A stretch of DNA of 64,000 nt from an uncultured delta proteobacterium (lineage in GTDB: Bacteria > Desulfobacterota > Binatia > HRBIN30 > BPIQ01). Positions within the stretch are counted from its first letter, which is position 1. Each line of letters begins with the position of its first letter. Shown piece after piece: positions 1-8,747 of this stretch. The notes beneath the pieces were generated by a model. It ran no database searches and was not told the DNA's origin. It worked only from the letters and a program-made list of their open reading frames with translations. Both the position numbers and the translations under genes were made by a program. The stretch covers positions 384,001 to 448,000 of the forward strand of contig CAVXGR010000012.1 in assembly GCA_963761335.1 (NCBI GenBank). Reading direction: 5' to 3'.

Positions 1-195
1 TCCATCCTGCCGGGAGACGTCGACGGCAACGGCTGCCTCGACGGCCGCGATCTGCAGCTGCTGGTTAGCTTTCTCTTCAACCCGGACGGGGCCCCGCCGG
101 AAGCGGACGCCAACGGCGACGGCGGGCTGAGCGCCGCCGACCTCGCGGCTCTTCAGCAGCAGCTCGCCGCCGGACCGCGCTGCGAAGGCGGCTGA
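1..195 (+). CDS. 3' end of a gene with a C-terminal dockerin-like (paired EF-hand) module; partial
   Basis: Frame 1 translates SILPGDVDGNGCLDGRDLQLLVSFLF...EADANGDGGLSAADLAALQQQL...CEGG*; two DxD/NGDG-type Ca-binding loops; TGA at 193-195. Confidence 0.75.
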   Translation, partial: SILPGDVDGNGCLDGRDLQLLVSFLFNPDGAPPEADANGDGGLSAADLAALQQQLAAGPRCEGG

Positions 196-199
196 CCGC

Positions 200-643
200 T
201 CAGGGCGCCTCGGATGGCGCCAGGACCTTGCGCTCCTCGGGGGGACCGGCGGTGGCGACGTAGGCGAGCATGTCCGCCTCCAGGACGCGCAGCTCGCGCA
301 GCACCCGGTCGCGCATGCCCTTCATCTCCGGGGTATCTCGGGTGATGGTGTAGCGCTTCGAGGCGAGCGTCTTCACCTTCTTTTCCTGGTCCTTGTCGTC
401 CTTGGAGGCGGGCTCCATGTGGAAGTCCATGGCCTCGAACAGCACGCGCGTCTCGCCCTCGGGAGAGTTCTGTACGCTGATCGTGGTGATGATCCGCTGC
501 TTGTCGTAGGGGTTGGCGGTCGGCCGTGGCGTCGGCACCACCTCGCCGAGATTGAGGATCACGGGCGGCGGCGGCGCGCTCGCGGCCATCACCGCCGCGG
601 CGCCGAGCGCCAGACCAATTGCCAATCCCACAGTGCCGCGCAT
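200..643 (-). CDS. Hypothetical secreted protein
   Basis: ATG at 643 preceded by GAGAGGAG; hydrophobic signal peptide MRGTVGLAIGLALGAAAVMAA; no recognised domain. Confidence 0.7.
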   Translation of the reverse strand: MRGTVGLAIGLALGAAAVMAASAPPPPVILNLGEVVPTPRPTANPYDKQRIITTISVQNSPEGETRVLFEAMDFHMEPASKDDKDQEKKVKTLASKRYTITRDTPEMKGMRDRVLRELRVLEADMLAYVATAGPPEERKVLAPSEAP

Positions 644-719
644 GTTGTCTCCTCTCGATCCCGGGCACATTAACTGCCGCTGGGGGGATTTGCAAAATTC
701 TCCCGGCGGCACCTCGCGA

Positions 720-2204
720 TCACTGGCTCTGGCAAGGGGCGCGGACAATGATCTGGGCGCGGTTGCCGATGTTGCCGGCGAAGTCGCGCACCTGCACCGT
801 CAGCAGAGTATCGCCGCTGGGAAAGGCGAGCTCGACACCGACGCCCGGCGCCGAGCAGTACTGAAAGGTCGACAGCGGCGACACGTAGCCGTTGCTGCCC
901 AGGGCGTTCAGCGTGCAGGCCTCGTCGCTGGTGTTGTGGGTCGCGAACCGGCAGCCGAAGTCGTTGATGGCGTCGCTGATCGCCTGGACGAAATCGTAGC
1001 TGGGCGGATCGATTCCCGGCACACCGCCGACCGGATTCGGCGATGGACCCCGATCACAGACGGCGGCGGTCGGGTTCGCACCCAGGTCGCGTTTGGACTC
1101 GAGCTGTAGATCTGGCCGGGCCTGGGGATTGCCCGGATCGGAGTTGAAGACCGTGCCGCCCGGGGGGCCGCCGCTCATGCCCGCTCGCGCCTCGACGACG
1201 ATGAGGAAGCCGGAGCCAACCGTCCGGCAGAAGATCGGAATGCCGTCGGCACTCACGTCGATCGGATCTTCGGGGATTCCGCCCGCCGTCGCCGTGCCGA
1301 AGTGTGTGACCAGCGGCCCGAAGGGAAGTGCGATGGTCGGGGTTCGCGTCCGCGTGGGCGTCCGCGTCGGGCTGGTGGTGATCGTCGGCGTCGCGGTCGG
1401 CGTGAAGGTCGGACGGCGCGTCGCTGTGCCGGTGCGCGTCGCCGTGGCGCTCGGGGGAGTCAGCGGCGTACGCGTCATCGTCGGCGTGCGCGACACCGTG
1501 GGTGTGGAGGACGGCTTCGGCGTCGCGGTGCTCGTGCGCGTCGGTGTCCCCGTCCGCGTCCGTGTCGGAGTGCGGCTCGGCGTCTCCGTGCGCGTGGGTG
1601 TCGGGGTGAATGTCGAAATTCGCGTCCGCGTCGGTGTTGGTACCGTCGGTGTCGGTCCGGTCGGCGACGAAGTCGGCGAGCTGGTCGGAGGCATGGACGC
1701 CGTCGGCGACGGGGTGACTGCAGTCGCTGTGAGGCTGGCGGGCGGGGTGACAGCCGAGGTCGGGCTCGCAGTCGAGGTTGGCGAAGGACGAGGTGTGCCG
1801 GTCGACACCGCGGTCACTGCAGTCACCGATGGCAGCGACGTCATGGTTGCCGGCGGTGTTCCCGGAGTCTCCGAAGTCGGGCTCGGCTCGGCGGTCGGCG
1901 TCGCCGTCGGTGGCGGCGCGGCCAGGCGCTGCAGCAGGGCAACCAGATCGGCGGCGCTGTTGCGGCCGTCGCCGTTGGCATCGACGCCGTCGCACTCGGC
2001 GGCGACGAACAGCGCCGACACCAGCGCCTCGACGTCCGCGGCCGCCACCACACCGTCGCAGTTGGCGTCGCCGGGGGCGAAGGTCTGGCCGTCTGCCCCC
2101 CGCGCCAGCAGCAGGAAGATCACTAGGCCGCCGCAGGCGGCGGCCACAGAGAGCTGAATGCGCACACAGCGGCACTCCGCCTGCGCAGCGGAGCGCCGCG
2201 TCAC
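720..2204 (-). CDS. Secreted protein: dockerin-like module, long Pro/Thr-rich linker, Cys-containing C-terminal domain
   Basis: Signal-like LVIFLLLARGADG; PGDANCDGVVAAADV...DANGDGRNSAADL; about 200 aa of PT/TPT repeats. Start codon uncertain. Confidence 0.8.
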   Translation of the reverse strand: MTRRSAAQAECRCVRIQLSVAAACGGLVIFLLLARGADGQTFAPGDANCDGVVAAADVEALVSALFVAAECDGVDANGDGRNSAADLVALLQRLAAPPPTATPTAEPSPTSETPGTPPATMTSLPSVTAVTAVSTGTPRPSPTSTASPTSAVTPPASLTATAVTPSPTASMPPTSSPTSSPTGPTPTVPTPTRTRISTFTPTPTRTETPSRTPTRTRTGTPTRTSTATPKPSSTPTVSRTPTMTRTPLTPPSATATRTGTATRRPTFTPTATPTITTSPTRTPTRTRTPTIALPFGPLVTHFGTATAGGIPEDPIDVSADGIPIFCRTVGSGFLIVVEARAGMSGGPPGGTVFNSDPGNPQARPDLQLESKRDLGANPTAAVCDRGPSPNPVGGVPGIDPPSYDFVQAISDAINDFGCRFATHNTSDEACTLNALGSNGYVSPLSTFQYCSAPGVGVELAFPSGDTLLTVQVRDFAGNIGNRAQIIVRAPCQSQ

Positions 2205-2218
2205 CTTTTCCCGGCCCG

Positions 2219-3517
2219 TTACTGTGGAGTGCTATCGAAGAACTGGAACCCCGTGATGGCGTCGTTCACGAAGGGAAGATGGAACTGCGGAGCCACGAAC
2301 GCCAGGCCCCCGGGGCCGTCCTCCTGGGCAAAATCGCGACAGGAGAAGTCCTCGCCGTCGATGGCGTATTCGAGGGGATTCGCACTCAGGTTGTTGTTCG
2401 GATGCAGGATCCGGCCCGCAGCGTGCCCGGTGGTCAGCGCGATCGGCGTGCTGATGCCGCCGGTTCCTCCCTCGTCGCCGCACGGCAGCGCGGTCTCCTG
2501 CGTGATCTCGACTCCCAAGCCGATGAGCGGCTCGGAAACGCCCGGGACCTGGCCGATGGGGGCGATGAACATGGCGCCGGGGTGGTTGTCCGGATGCCCG
2601 CCGATAGAGATCTCGAAGGGTCCGTTGCAGACGTTGGGGTGGGGTTCCGACGGCACCTCGACGTGCCCCCCGGCGTTCTCGCAGTCCTGTGACGTGAAGC
2701 CGTTCTCACCGACCACGCCGATGTTGTGGTCTTGGGTGAGCTCGGAGCTGTAGTCCACCTGGGGGTCGCAGATCAGCGCCAGCGAGTCTCGGTCGACGAC
2801 GCCGTTGCCGACGGTGGTGAAGCGCAGCAGCGCGGCGCCGGGAGTGGCGCACGAGATCAGGCCGGCGTTGATCGCCGGCAGGACAGGCTTGATACACAGC
2901 GCCGTCCCCGCCAGTCCGATATAGGCCGAGATGTAATCCGAGGCGCCGACCACGTCGACCACCGCGAGACCGGTGACCGGATCGGGAGCGCCGGCGCGCA
3001 GATCGAGGTAGCCGGTGAAGGACGCCACCGGGCCGAACAGCGGGCCGATGGAGAAGGAGCTGGCAGCCGGATCGATGCTGAAGTGCCGGGTCCCCAGCTC
3101 TTTGGCGTGGGCGCGCACCGGAACGACGATCTGCTGAGGGGTGGTGCAGGCGTTCTGGGAGGTGGGCAGAAAGACATCGAGCGCCGCCTGCAAGCCCGAC
3201 GGGTCGGCACCGCGGGTGCGGACGCGGACGGACTCCACGCCGCTGGCGAGGCAGGCGGGCAGGGTTGGGTCGGCGTTGTTCAGGCAGGCCGTCACCTCGA
3301 AGGTGCACTTCTGGTCCACCATCCCATCGGCGTCGCAGTTGGGGTCGCCGTCAGAGCAGCGCACGATACGCCCGCCGGGACGTGTCGGAGTGACGCCGGC
3401 GAACTCCAGGAGGCAGTCGCTCTTCGGAGAGCCGCCGCCTGGGATGGTGGTCTGCGCCTGCGCGCCTCCCCAAAATAGAAATACGCCACCCAGGGCAATT
3501 ACCATCAGTCGCCGCAC
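2219..3517 (-). CDS. Cys-rich secreted hypothetical protein
   Basis: GTG at 3517 after GAGGAGG; signal peptide ending AQA; N-terminal module GGGSPKSDC...CSDGDPNCDADG...CTFEVTACLN. Confidence 0.75.
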   Translation of the reverse strand: MRRLMVIALGGVFLFWGGAQAQTTIPGGGSPKSDCLLEFAGVTPTRPGGRIVRCSDGDPNCDADGMVDQKCTFEVTACLNNADPTLPACLASGVESVRVRTRGADPSGLQAALDVFLPTSQNACTTPQQIVVPVRAHAKELGTRHFSIDPAASSFSIGPLFGPVASFTGYLDLRAGAPDPVTGLAVVDVVGASDYISAYIGLAGTALCIKPVLPAINAGLISCATPGAALLRFTTVGNGVVDRDSLALICDPQVDYSSELTQDHNIGVVGENGFTSQDCENAGGHVEVPSEPHPNVCNGPFEISIGGHPDNHPGAMFIAPIGQVPGVSEPLIGLGVEITQETALPCGDEGGTGGISTPIALTTGHAAGRILHPNNNLSANPLEYAIDGEDFSCRDFAQEDGPGGLAFVAPQFHLPFVNDAITGFQFFDSTPQ

Positions 3518-3675
3518 CGTGACTGTCCTCCTCTCTCGCCTTCCTCGAACGTGGAGGCGCACTCTAGAAACTTTCGGCAGAGGAATCAACGTCGCGCCGC
3601 GGACTGACCTCGCCGGCCGGGGCGGGAGCATGGCTCCCGCACTCCGGCGGCGTGCCAGCCGTCCCCCCGGCTGAC

Positions 3676-4404
3676 CTACTCGGAGATGATGCGCAGCTCG
3701 ACCCGACGGTTCTGGGCCCTGCCGGTCTCCGTGCTGTTGTCGGCAACTGGCTGCGACTCGCCGTAGCCCTTCACCTCCATCCGGCCCGGGGAGATGCCGG
3801 CGGCCACCAGGTATCGGTACACGGCATTGGCGCGGCGCTGCGACAGGGCCTGATTGTAGGAATCGGTACCGACGCTGTCGGTATGCCCGTCGACGGAGAC
3901 GCGAATGGACGGGTTCTCGCGCAGGGTTTCGGCCGCCTCGTCCAGCACCGGACGCGACTCGGGGCGAATGTCGCTCTTGTCGAAGTCGAAGTTGACGCCG
4001 CGCAGGACGATCCGCTTCTTCACCGCCGGCGCCGGGGTAGGCGTCGGAGTGGGTGGTGGCGGCGGCGGCGGCAAGGTCGGTGTCGGCTTCTCGGCGTCAA
4101 AGAGCGCGTGTCCGGCCAGACCGCAGAGAACCAGGCCGATGGCGCCGCCAATGGCCGCTCCCTTCCACTGCTCCTTGTTGTCACAGGCCACCGTGGCATT
4201 GCCGTCGACGGTGATTGCCGAGCAGCCGAAGCGGTTGTTCTGGATGACCCAGCCGGTGCCCGCGCCGATGCCGCCGCAGATCAGAGCCGGGACGGCGGTT
4301 CCCCAACCCCACGGCTTGTGCACGAAGCGCCGCGTGTAACCGCAGCCTTGGAGGCCAAAGGTAATCAAGAGAACGGCTATCGTCAGTCTTCGCGGTCCCG
4401 CCAT
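3676..4404 (-). CDS. OmpA/MotB-family peptidoglycan-binding protein, probable lipoprotein
   Basis: VNFDFDKS, VDGHTDSVG, NQALSQRRANAV and GRAQNRRVE motifs; lipobox-like LQGC; glycine-rich hydrophobic segments and a poly-Pro linker. Confidence 0.9.
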   Translation of the reverse strand: MAGPRRLTIAVLLITFGLQGCGYTRRFVHKPWGWGTAVPALICGGIGAGTGWVIQNNRFGCSAITVDGNATVACDNKEQWKGAAIGGAIGLVLCGLAGHALFDAEKPTPTLPPPPPPPTPTPTPAPAVKKRIVLRGVNFDFDKSDIRPESRPVLDEAAETLRENPSIRVSVDGHTDSVGTDSYNQALSQRRANAVYRYLVAAGISPGRMEVKGYGESQPVADNSTETGRAQNRRVELRIISE

Positions 4405-4632
4405 ATCGCCTCTCAGTGCTCGCGGCCAGGCCACATCCATTCGCGGCCTGCCCCCCGCCAATCAAAATCGCGTACTACTACGCAGGTCTCGCTGCCCACG
4501 TCAAGGACACAATGCAGCACACAAACTCGCGAATTGCACGGGAAAACCTACCGCAGCCCGAGGACTCCCTTTACGTTTGCCCGCCGGCGTTCTAACCTCC
4601 GCGCTCGTGAGCTCCGCGAGGGGAGGAGGACG

Positions 4633-5811
4633 ATGAAGGACAGCTGCTTGTGGCTGGCGCTGCTGGTGGTCGTGGCAACCGCGGGGACGGCCGGCGCCGA
4701 GCCCTACATGGCGATCCGCGAGGGCTTCCAGTGCAGTGGCTGCCACGTCAACATCACCGGTGGCGGCAAGCGCTCCGATATCGTCAGCACTCACCCCCAG
4801 GAGATCCTCCACTACCCGGATTACCTGAGCACCTTCTCCTCACCGGCCGACGCCTTCAGCGGCGACGTCAACAAGTACGTCGGCGTGGGAGCGGATCTGC
4901 GCGTGAGCGAGCAGGCGATCTTCCAGGATGCCCCCGACGCCAATGGCGAGGTGAACAACAACACCGCCTTTCGCGGCCGACTGGAGGAGAACGACCTCGC
5001 CGCCACCGAGGCGGTCGGCTACCTCGAGGTGCGCCTCATTCCCGATCTCCTCACCTTCTATGTCGACCAGCGCGTCTCCCCCAACACCAACAACCGCGAG
5101 GCCTTCGGTCTGATCCGCGGGCTGCCCTGGAACGGCTTCCTCAAGGCCGGCCGTATGTTCCTGCCCTACGGCTTGCAGCTCCAGGACGATCACGCCTTCA
5201 TTCGCGGCGGCAACAACGGCTCGGCGACCACGGGCTTCAGCTTCGAGCAGCAGCAGGCCGCCTTCGAAATGGGGATTCAGCCCGGTCCCTACAGCCTCAT
5301 CGTCGCCCTCTCGGACGGAGCTCCCGGCGATCGCGATGTTCAGGTGACCGGCACCGCCAGCGCCATGCTCACCGACCTGCCGGTGGTTCGCAACGCGCTG
5401 GTCGGCAGCTCCTTCTCGCGCGTCGGCCCCTCCGGGTCGGAGACCCTGCTCTTCGGGTTCTTCGGCGGCACCAACCTCGAGCGCCTGACCCTGCTCGGCG
5501 AGGTCGACTTCCGCAGCGACCGCTCGGCGACCACCGGAGGACAGACGGCGGGAACCTTCATCTCCTATGCCGAGGCCGACTACCTGCTGCTCGGCTGGCT
5601 GAACATCAAGGCGGCCTTCGACTACGCCGACGACGACGGCAACCAGTCGACCCGCGTCGACGACGCCGAGAACCGCGTCACCCTCGGCGTGGAGCCTTTC
5701 CTCAACCGCTTCCTCCAGCCGCGCCTCTTCTACCGGGTGAGCAACGGCGTCCGCGACCAGCCGACCCACAACCAGGACCTTCTCATGGCCGAGCTGCACT
5801 TCTTCTTCTGA
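4633..5811 (+). CDS. Putative monoheme cytochrome c fused to an outer-membrane beta-barrel (Cyc2-like architecture)
   Basis: RBS GGAGGAGG, signal peptide, CSGCH near the mature N-terminus, alternating amphipathic strands, C-terminal aromatic ending ELHFFF. Confidence 0.7.
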   Translation: MKDSCLWLALLVVVATAGTAGAEPYMAIREGFQCSGCHVNITGGGKRSDIVSTHPQEILHYPDYLSTFSSPADAFSGDVNKYVGVGADLRVSEQAIFQDAPDANGEVNNNTAFRGRLEENDLAATEAVGYLEVRLIPDLLTFYVDQRVSPNTNNREAFGLIRGLPWNGFLKAGRMFLPYGLQLQDDHAFIRGGNNGSATTGFSFEQQQAAFEMGIQPGPYSLIVALSDGAPGDRDVQVTGTASAMLTDLPVVRNALVGSSFSRVGPSGSETLLFGFFGGTNLERLTLLGEVDFRSDRSATTGGQTAGTFISYAEADYLLLGWLNIKAAFDYADDDGNQSTRVDDAENRVTLGVEPFLNRFLQPRLFYRVSNGVRDQPTHNQDLLMAELHFFF

Positions 5812-6490
5812 GCGTGCGCACCGTCGGCCGAGGGGGGCAGCGGCCTGCCTGCTCCCGCTTCGCCGCCGCCGCCGATGCCGCCCAGGAGCAGATCGGGCAG
5901 GCGCGAAGGTCGTGGCCGCGGGCCGGGCAGTACTGGCGCCCGAAATAGATCATCTGCAGGTGCACCCGGCCCCACGACGGCGGCGGAAAGAGGCGCTTCA
6001 GATCGCGCTCGGTGCGCGCCACACTGGTGCCGTTGGAGAGACCCCAGCGCGCCGCCAGCCGGTGGATGTGGGTATCGACCGGGAAAGCGTCGTGGCCGAA
6101 AGCCTGGACCATGACCACGCTGGCGGTCTTGTGTCCGACCCCGGGCAGCGACTCGAGCTCCTCGAAGCTCTGCGGCACGCGGCCGCCGTGCTTCTCGAGC
6201 AGGATGCGGGACAGCTCGAGGATGGCCTTGGACTTGGCTGGGGCGAGGCCACACGGACGGACGATGGCGGCGATTTCGGCCAACCGCAGGCGCACCATAT
6301 CGGCGGGGGTCGAGGCGCGTGCGAACAGACGCGGGGTAATCTGATTCACTCGCTGATCCGTGCACTGAGCCGACAGCAGCACCGCGATCAGCAGGGTGTA
6401 GGCATCGCGGTGGTGCAGCGGGATCGCCGTCTCCGGGTAGAGCTCGTCAAGAATCGTCTGGACGCGCTGCGCCTTCTCGGCTCTAGTCAT
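5783..6490 (-). CDS. nth: Endonuclease III
   Basis: LLIAVLLSAQCTD, helix-hairpin-helix LPGVGHKTA, FPVDTHIHRL, C-terminal Cys cluster. Confidence 0.93.
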   Translation of the reverse strand: MTRAEKAQRVQTILDELYPETAIPLHHRDAYTLLIAVLLSAQCTDQRVNQITPRLFARASTPADMVRLRLAEIAAIVRPCGLAPAKSKAILELSRILLEKHGGRVPQSFEELESLPGVGHKTASVVMVQAFGHDAFPVDTHIHRLAARWGLSNGTSVARTERDLKRLFPPPSWGRVHLQMIYFGRQYCPARGHDLRACPICSWAASAAAAKREQAGRCPPRPTVRTLRRRSAARP

Positions 6491-6513
6491 ACGCGGATAC
6501 GATCGAATCACAG

Positions 6514-6807
6514 ATGCGCGCGGATGGACATACACGGTCCGCTGTGGATGACCGGCGACGCGGCGCGGGTTGCGCCGCCGTTCACTCCGTTCGGCCCGCG
6601 GCCCCGTGGAGTGCTCTGCTGCTGGTTTCGAGCCTCGCCGTGCTTGCGCGCGCCCAACTACCCGAGTACGAGGTGAAGGCGGCTTTTTTGTACAACTTCA
6701 CCACGTTTGTTGAGTGGCCACAGGGTGGCGCGCGCGGAGATCATTTCGTGATCAGCGTGATTGGTGCACATTCCTTCTGCGACCAGTCGCAGAGGCTCGA
6801 TCCATGA
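6514..6807 (+). pseudogene. Truncated YfiR (DUF4154)-family gene remnant
   Basis: Signal-like stretch then EYEVKAAFLYNFTTFVEWP, the YfiR N-terminal signature; stop follows about 30 codons later and overlaps the next ATG (ATGA). Confidence 0.7.
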
Positions 6808-8687
6808 GCCGCTTTCGCGATCTACCGATCCGCCGGAAGCTTGCCTGGATGAACGTTCTCAGCGCCGGCGTCGCCCTGGCGCTGGCCGGTGTCGCCTTCA
6901 TTGCCTACGATCTCTTCACCTTCCGCGCCGGCATGGTGCACGAGATGTCGACGCAGGCGAAGATCGTCGGCGAGAACACCGCCTCGGCCTTGCTCTTCAA
7001 CGATCGCGCCTCCGCGGCGGAGACGCTGGCGGCGCTGCGCGCCCAGTCGCACATCATCAAGGCCAGCGTGCTCACCGCCAAGGGCGTGCCCTTCGCGACC
7101 TATGTTCGCGCCGACGCCCGTCCCTCACCCGAGATCGACACGCCCTCCGCGGGCGCCAGTCATCGCTTCGCGCAGGACCGCCTGGTCGTCGTCGAGGACA
7201 TCCTGGTCGACGGCGAACGCGTCGGCAGCGTCCGCATCTCCTCCGATCTCCGGGAGGTCGACGATCGGCTGCGGCGCTACTTCGTCATCGTCGTTCTGGT
7301 GATGCTGGTCTCCACCATGACGTCTTTCGCGATCTCCTCGCGGCTTCAGACGGTGATCTCCGGTCCGATCCTGCACCTGGTCAATCGCGCCCGCGAGGTA
7401 TCCGAGAAGCAGAACTACGCGGTGCGCGCCACGCCGAGCAGCGACGACGAGCTCGGCCTGTTGATTCGCACGTTCAACGAGATGCTCGGGCAGATTCAGC
7501 AGCGCGACGAGGCCCTGAAGAATGCTCGTGACGAGGCCGAATCGGCCAACCGCGCCAAGGACGAGTTCCTCGCCATGGTGTCCCACGAGCTGCGCACGCC
7601 GCTCACCCCCATTCTCATGTGGACCAACATGCTGCGCAGTGGCGCCCTCGGCCCGCCGGACGCGAAACGCGGCCTCGAGGTCATCGAGGTCAGCGCCCGT
7701 TCACAGGCACAGCTGGTCGAGGATCTGCTCGACGTCTCCCGCATCATCTCCGGCAAGCTTCGCCTGGAAGCTCATCCGATCCAGCTGCGCTCTGTCATCG
7801 AGTCGGCGATCGAGTCGGTTCGCGCCGGCGCCCAGGAGAAGGAGATCCAACTCCGCACTCATTTCGGCGACCAGATGGGGGAGTGCATCGGCGACCCCGA
7901 ACGGTTGCAGCAGGTGCTCTGGAACCTGCTCTCCAACGCCATCAAGTTCACTCCTCGATCGGGTGTTGTCGACCTTCGGCTCGAGTCCGACGCGGGCGAG
8001 GTGAAGCTTTCGGTGGAGGATAGCGGCGAAGGGATCCCGGCGGCTCTGCTACCGCACATCTTCGAGCGTTTTCGTCAGGCGGACAGCACCACGACCCGCC
8101 CGCACGGCGGTCTCGGCCTCGGGCTGGCCATCGTCCGGCACCTCGTCGAGCTGCACGGCGGAACCGTGTCCGCGGAGAGCCCCGGCAAGGGCCGCGGCAG
8201 TCGTTTCACCGTGCGCCTGCCGCGGGCCGAGGAGCAGACCCGACGGGCGCAGGCCGCCGCGATCGATGCGGTCGCCACCGGGCCGCGCCCGCTCCTCCTC
8301 GGAATACGGGTGCTGGTCGTGGACGACGAAGCGATCACCTGCGAATCGATCAAGACGGTGCTGACGCAGTCGGGAGCACAGGTGCAGAGCGCCCTCTCAA
8401 CCTCGGCGGCGATGCAGGTGGTCCTCCAGTGGAACCCGGATGTGGTGGTTTCCGATATCGCCATGCCCGGCGAGGATGGCTACTCCCTCATTCGCATGCT
8501 GCGACGCCGCGAGCAGGAGGGAAAGAAGCGGGTCGCCGCCATTGCCCTTTCGGCCTACGCGCGCACGGAAGATCGCAGCCGCGCGCTCGCCGCCGGCTTC
8601 CAGATGCACGTCGCCAAGCCGGTGGACCCCACGGACCTGGTCCGCCGGGTCGCCGAGCTCTCCGCCCAGGCCAGGCCGCCGCGCTGA
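6804..8687 (+). CDS. Hybrid sensor histidine kinase/response regulator (periplasmic sensor, HAMP, HisKA, HATPase, REC)
   Basis: Two TM segments, DELGLL HAMP motif, FLAMVSHELRTPL, NLLSNAIKFT, GGLGLGLAI, C-terminal VLVVDD...SDIAMP...KP. Confidence 0.93.
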   Translation: MSRFRDLPIRRKLAWMNVLSAGVALALAGVAFIAYDLFTFRAGMVHEMSTQAKIVGENTASALLFNDRASAAETLAALRAQSHIIKASVLTAKGVPFATYVRADARPSPEIDTPSAGASHRFAQDRLVVVEDILVDGERVGSVRISSDLREVDDRLRRYFVIVVLVMLVSTMTSFAISSRLQTVISGPILHLVNRAREVSEKQNYAVRATPSSDDELGLLIRTFNEMLGQIQQRDEALKNARDEAESANRAKDEFLAMVSHELRTPLTPILMWTNMLRSGALGPPDAKRGLEVIEVSARSQAQLVEDLLDVSRIISGKLRLEAHPIQLRSVIESAIESVRAGAQEKEIQLRTHFGDQMGECIGDPERLQQVLWNLLSNAIKFTPRSGVVDLRLESDAGEVKLSVEDSGEGIPAALLPHIFERFRQADSTTTRPHGGLGLGLAIVRHLVELHGGTVSAESPGKGRGSRFTVRLPRAEEQTRRAQAAAIDAVATGPRPLLLGIRVLVVDDEAITCESIKTVLTQSGAQVQSALSTSAAMQVVLQWNPDVVVSDIAMPGEDGYSLIRMLRRREQEGKKRVAAIALSAYARTEDRSRALAAGFQMHVAKPVDPTDLVRRVAELSAQARPPR

Positions 8688-8747
8688 TCAGCTCGCCTCT
8701 TGCGGCTGCCGGCCGGGCGCATCTATTCTCCGAGCGGTTGGTGGTGG

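Noticed and set aside
1335..1915. Repetitive DNA that might look like a tandem array or CRISPR
   Set aside because: Degenerate codon-level repeats encoding PT/TPT; no constant repeat with unique spacers.
1093..2157. 354-aa plus-strand ORF rich in VGVGV
   Set aside because: Antisense shadow of the Pro/Thr linker codons of the minus-strand gene.
3652..4632. N-terminal 327 aa of the 719-aa ORF
   Set aside because: Overlaps the OmpA gene in antisense; a strong RBS and signal peptide place the true start at 4633.
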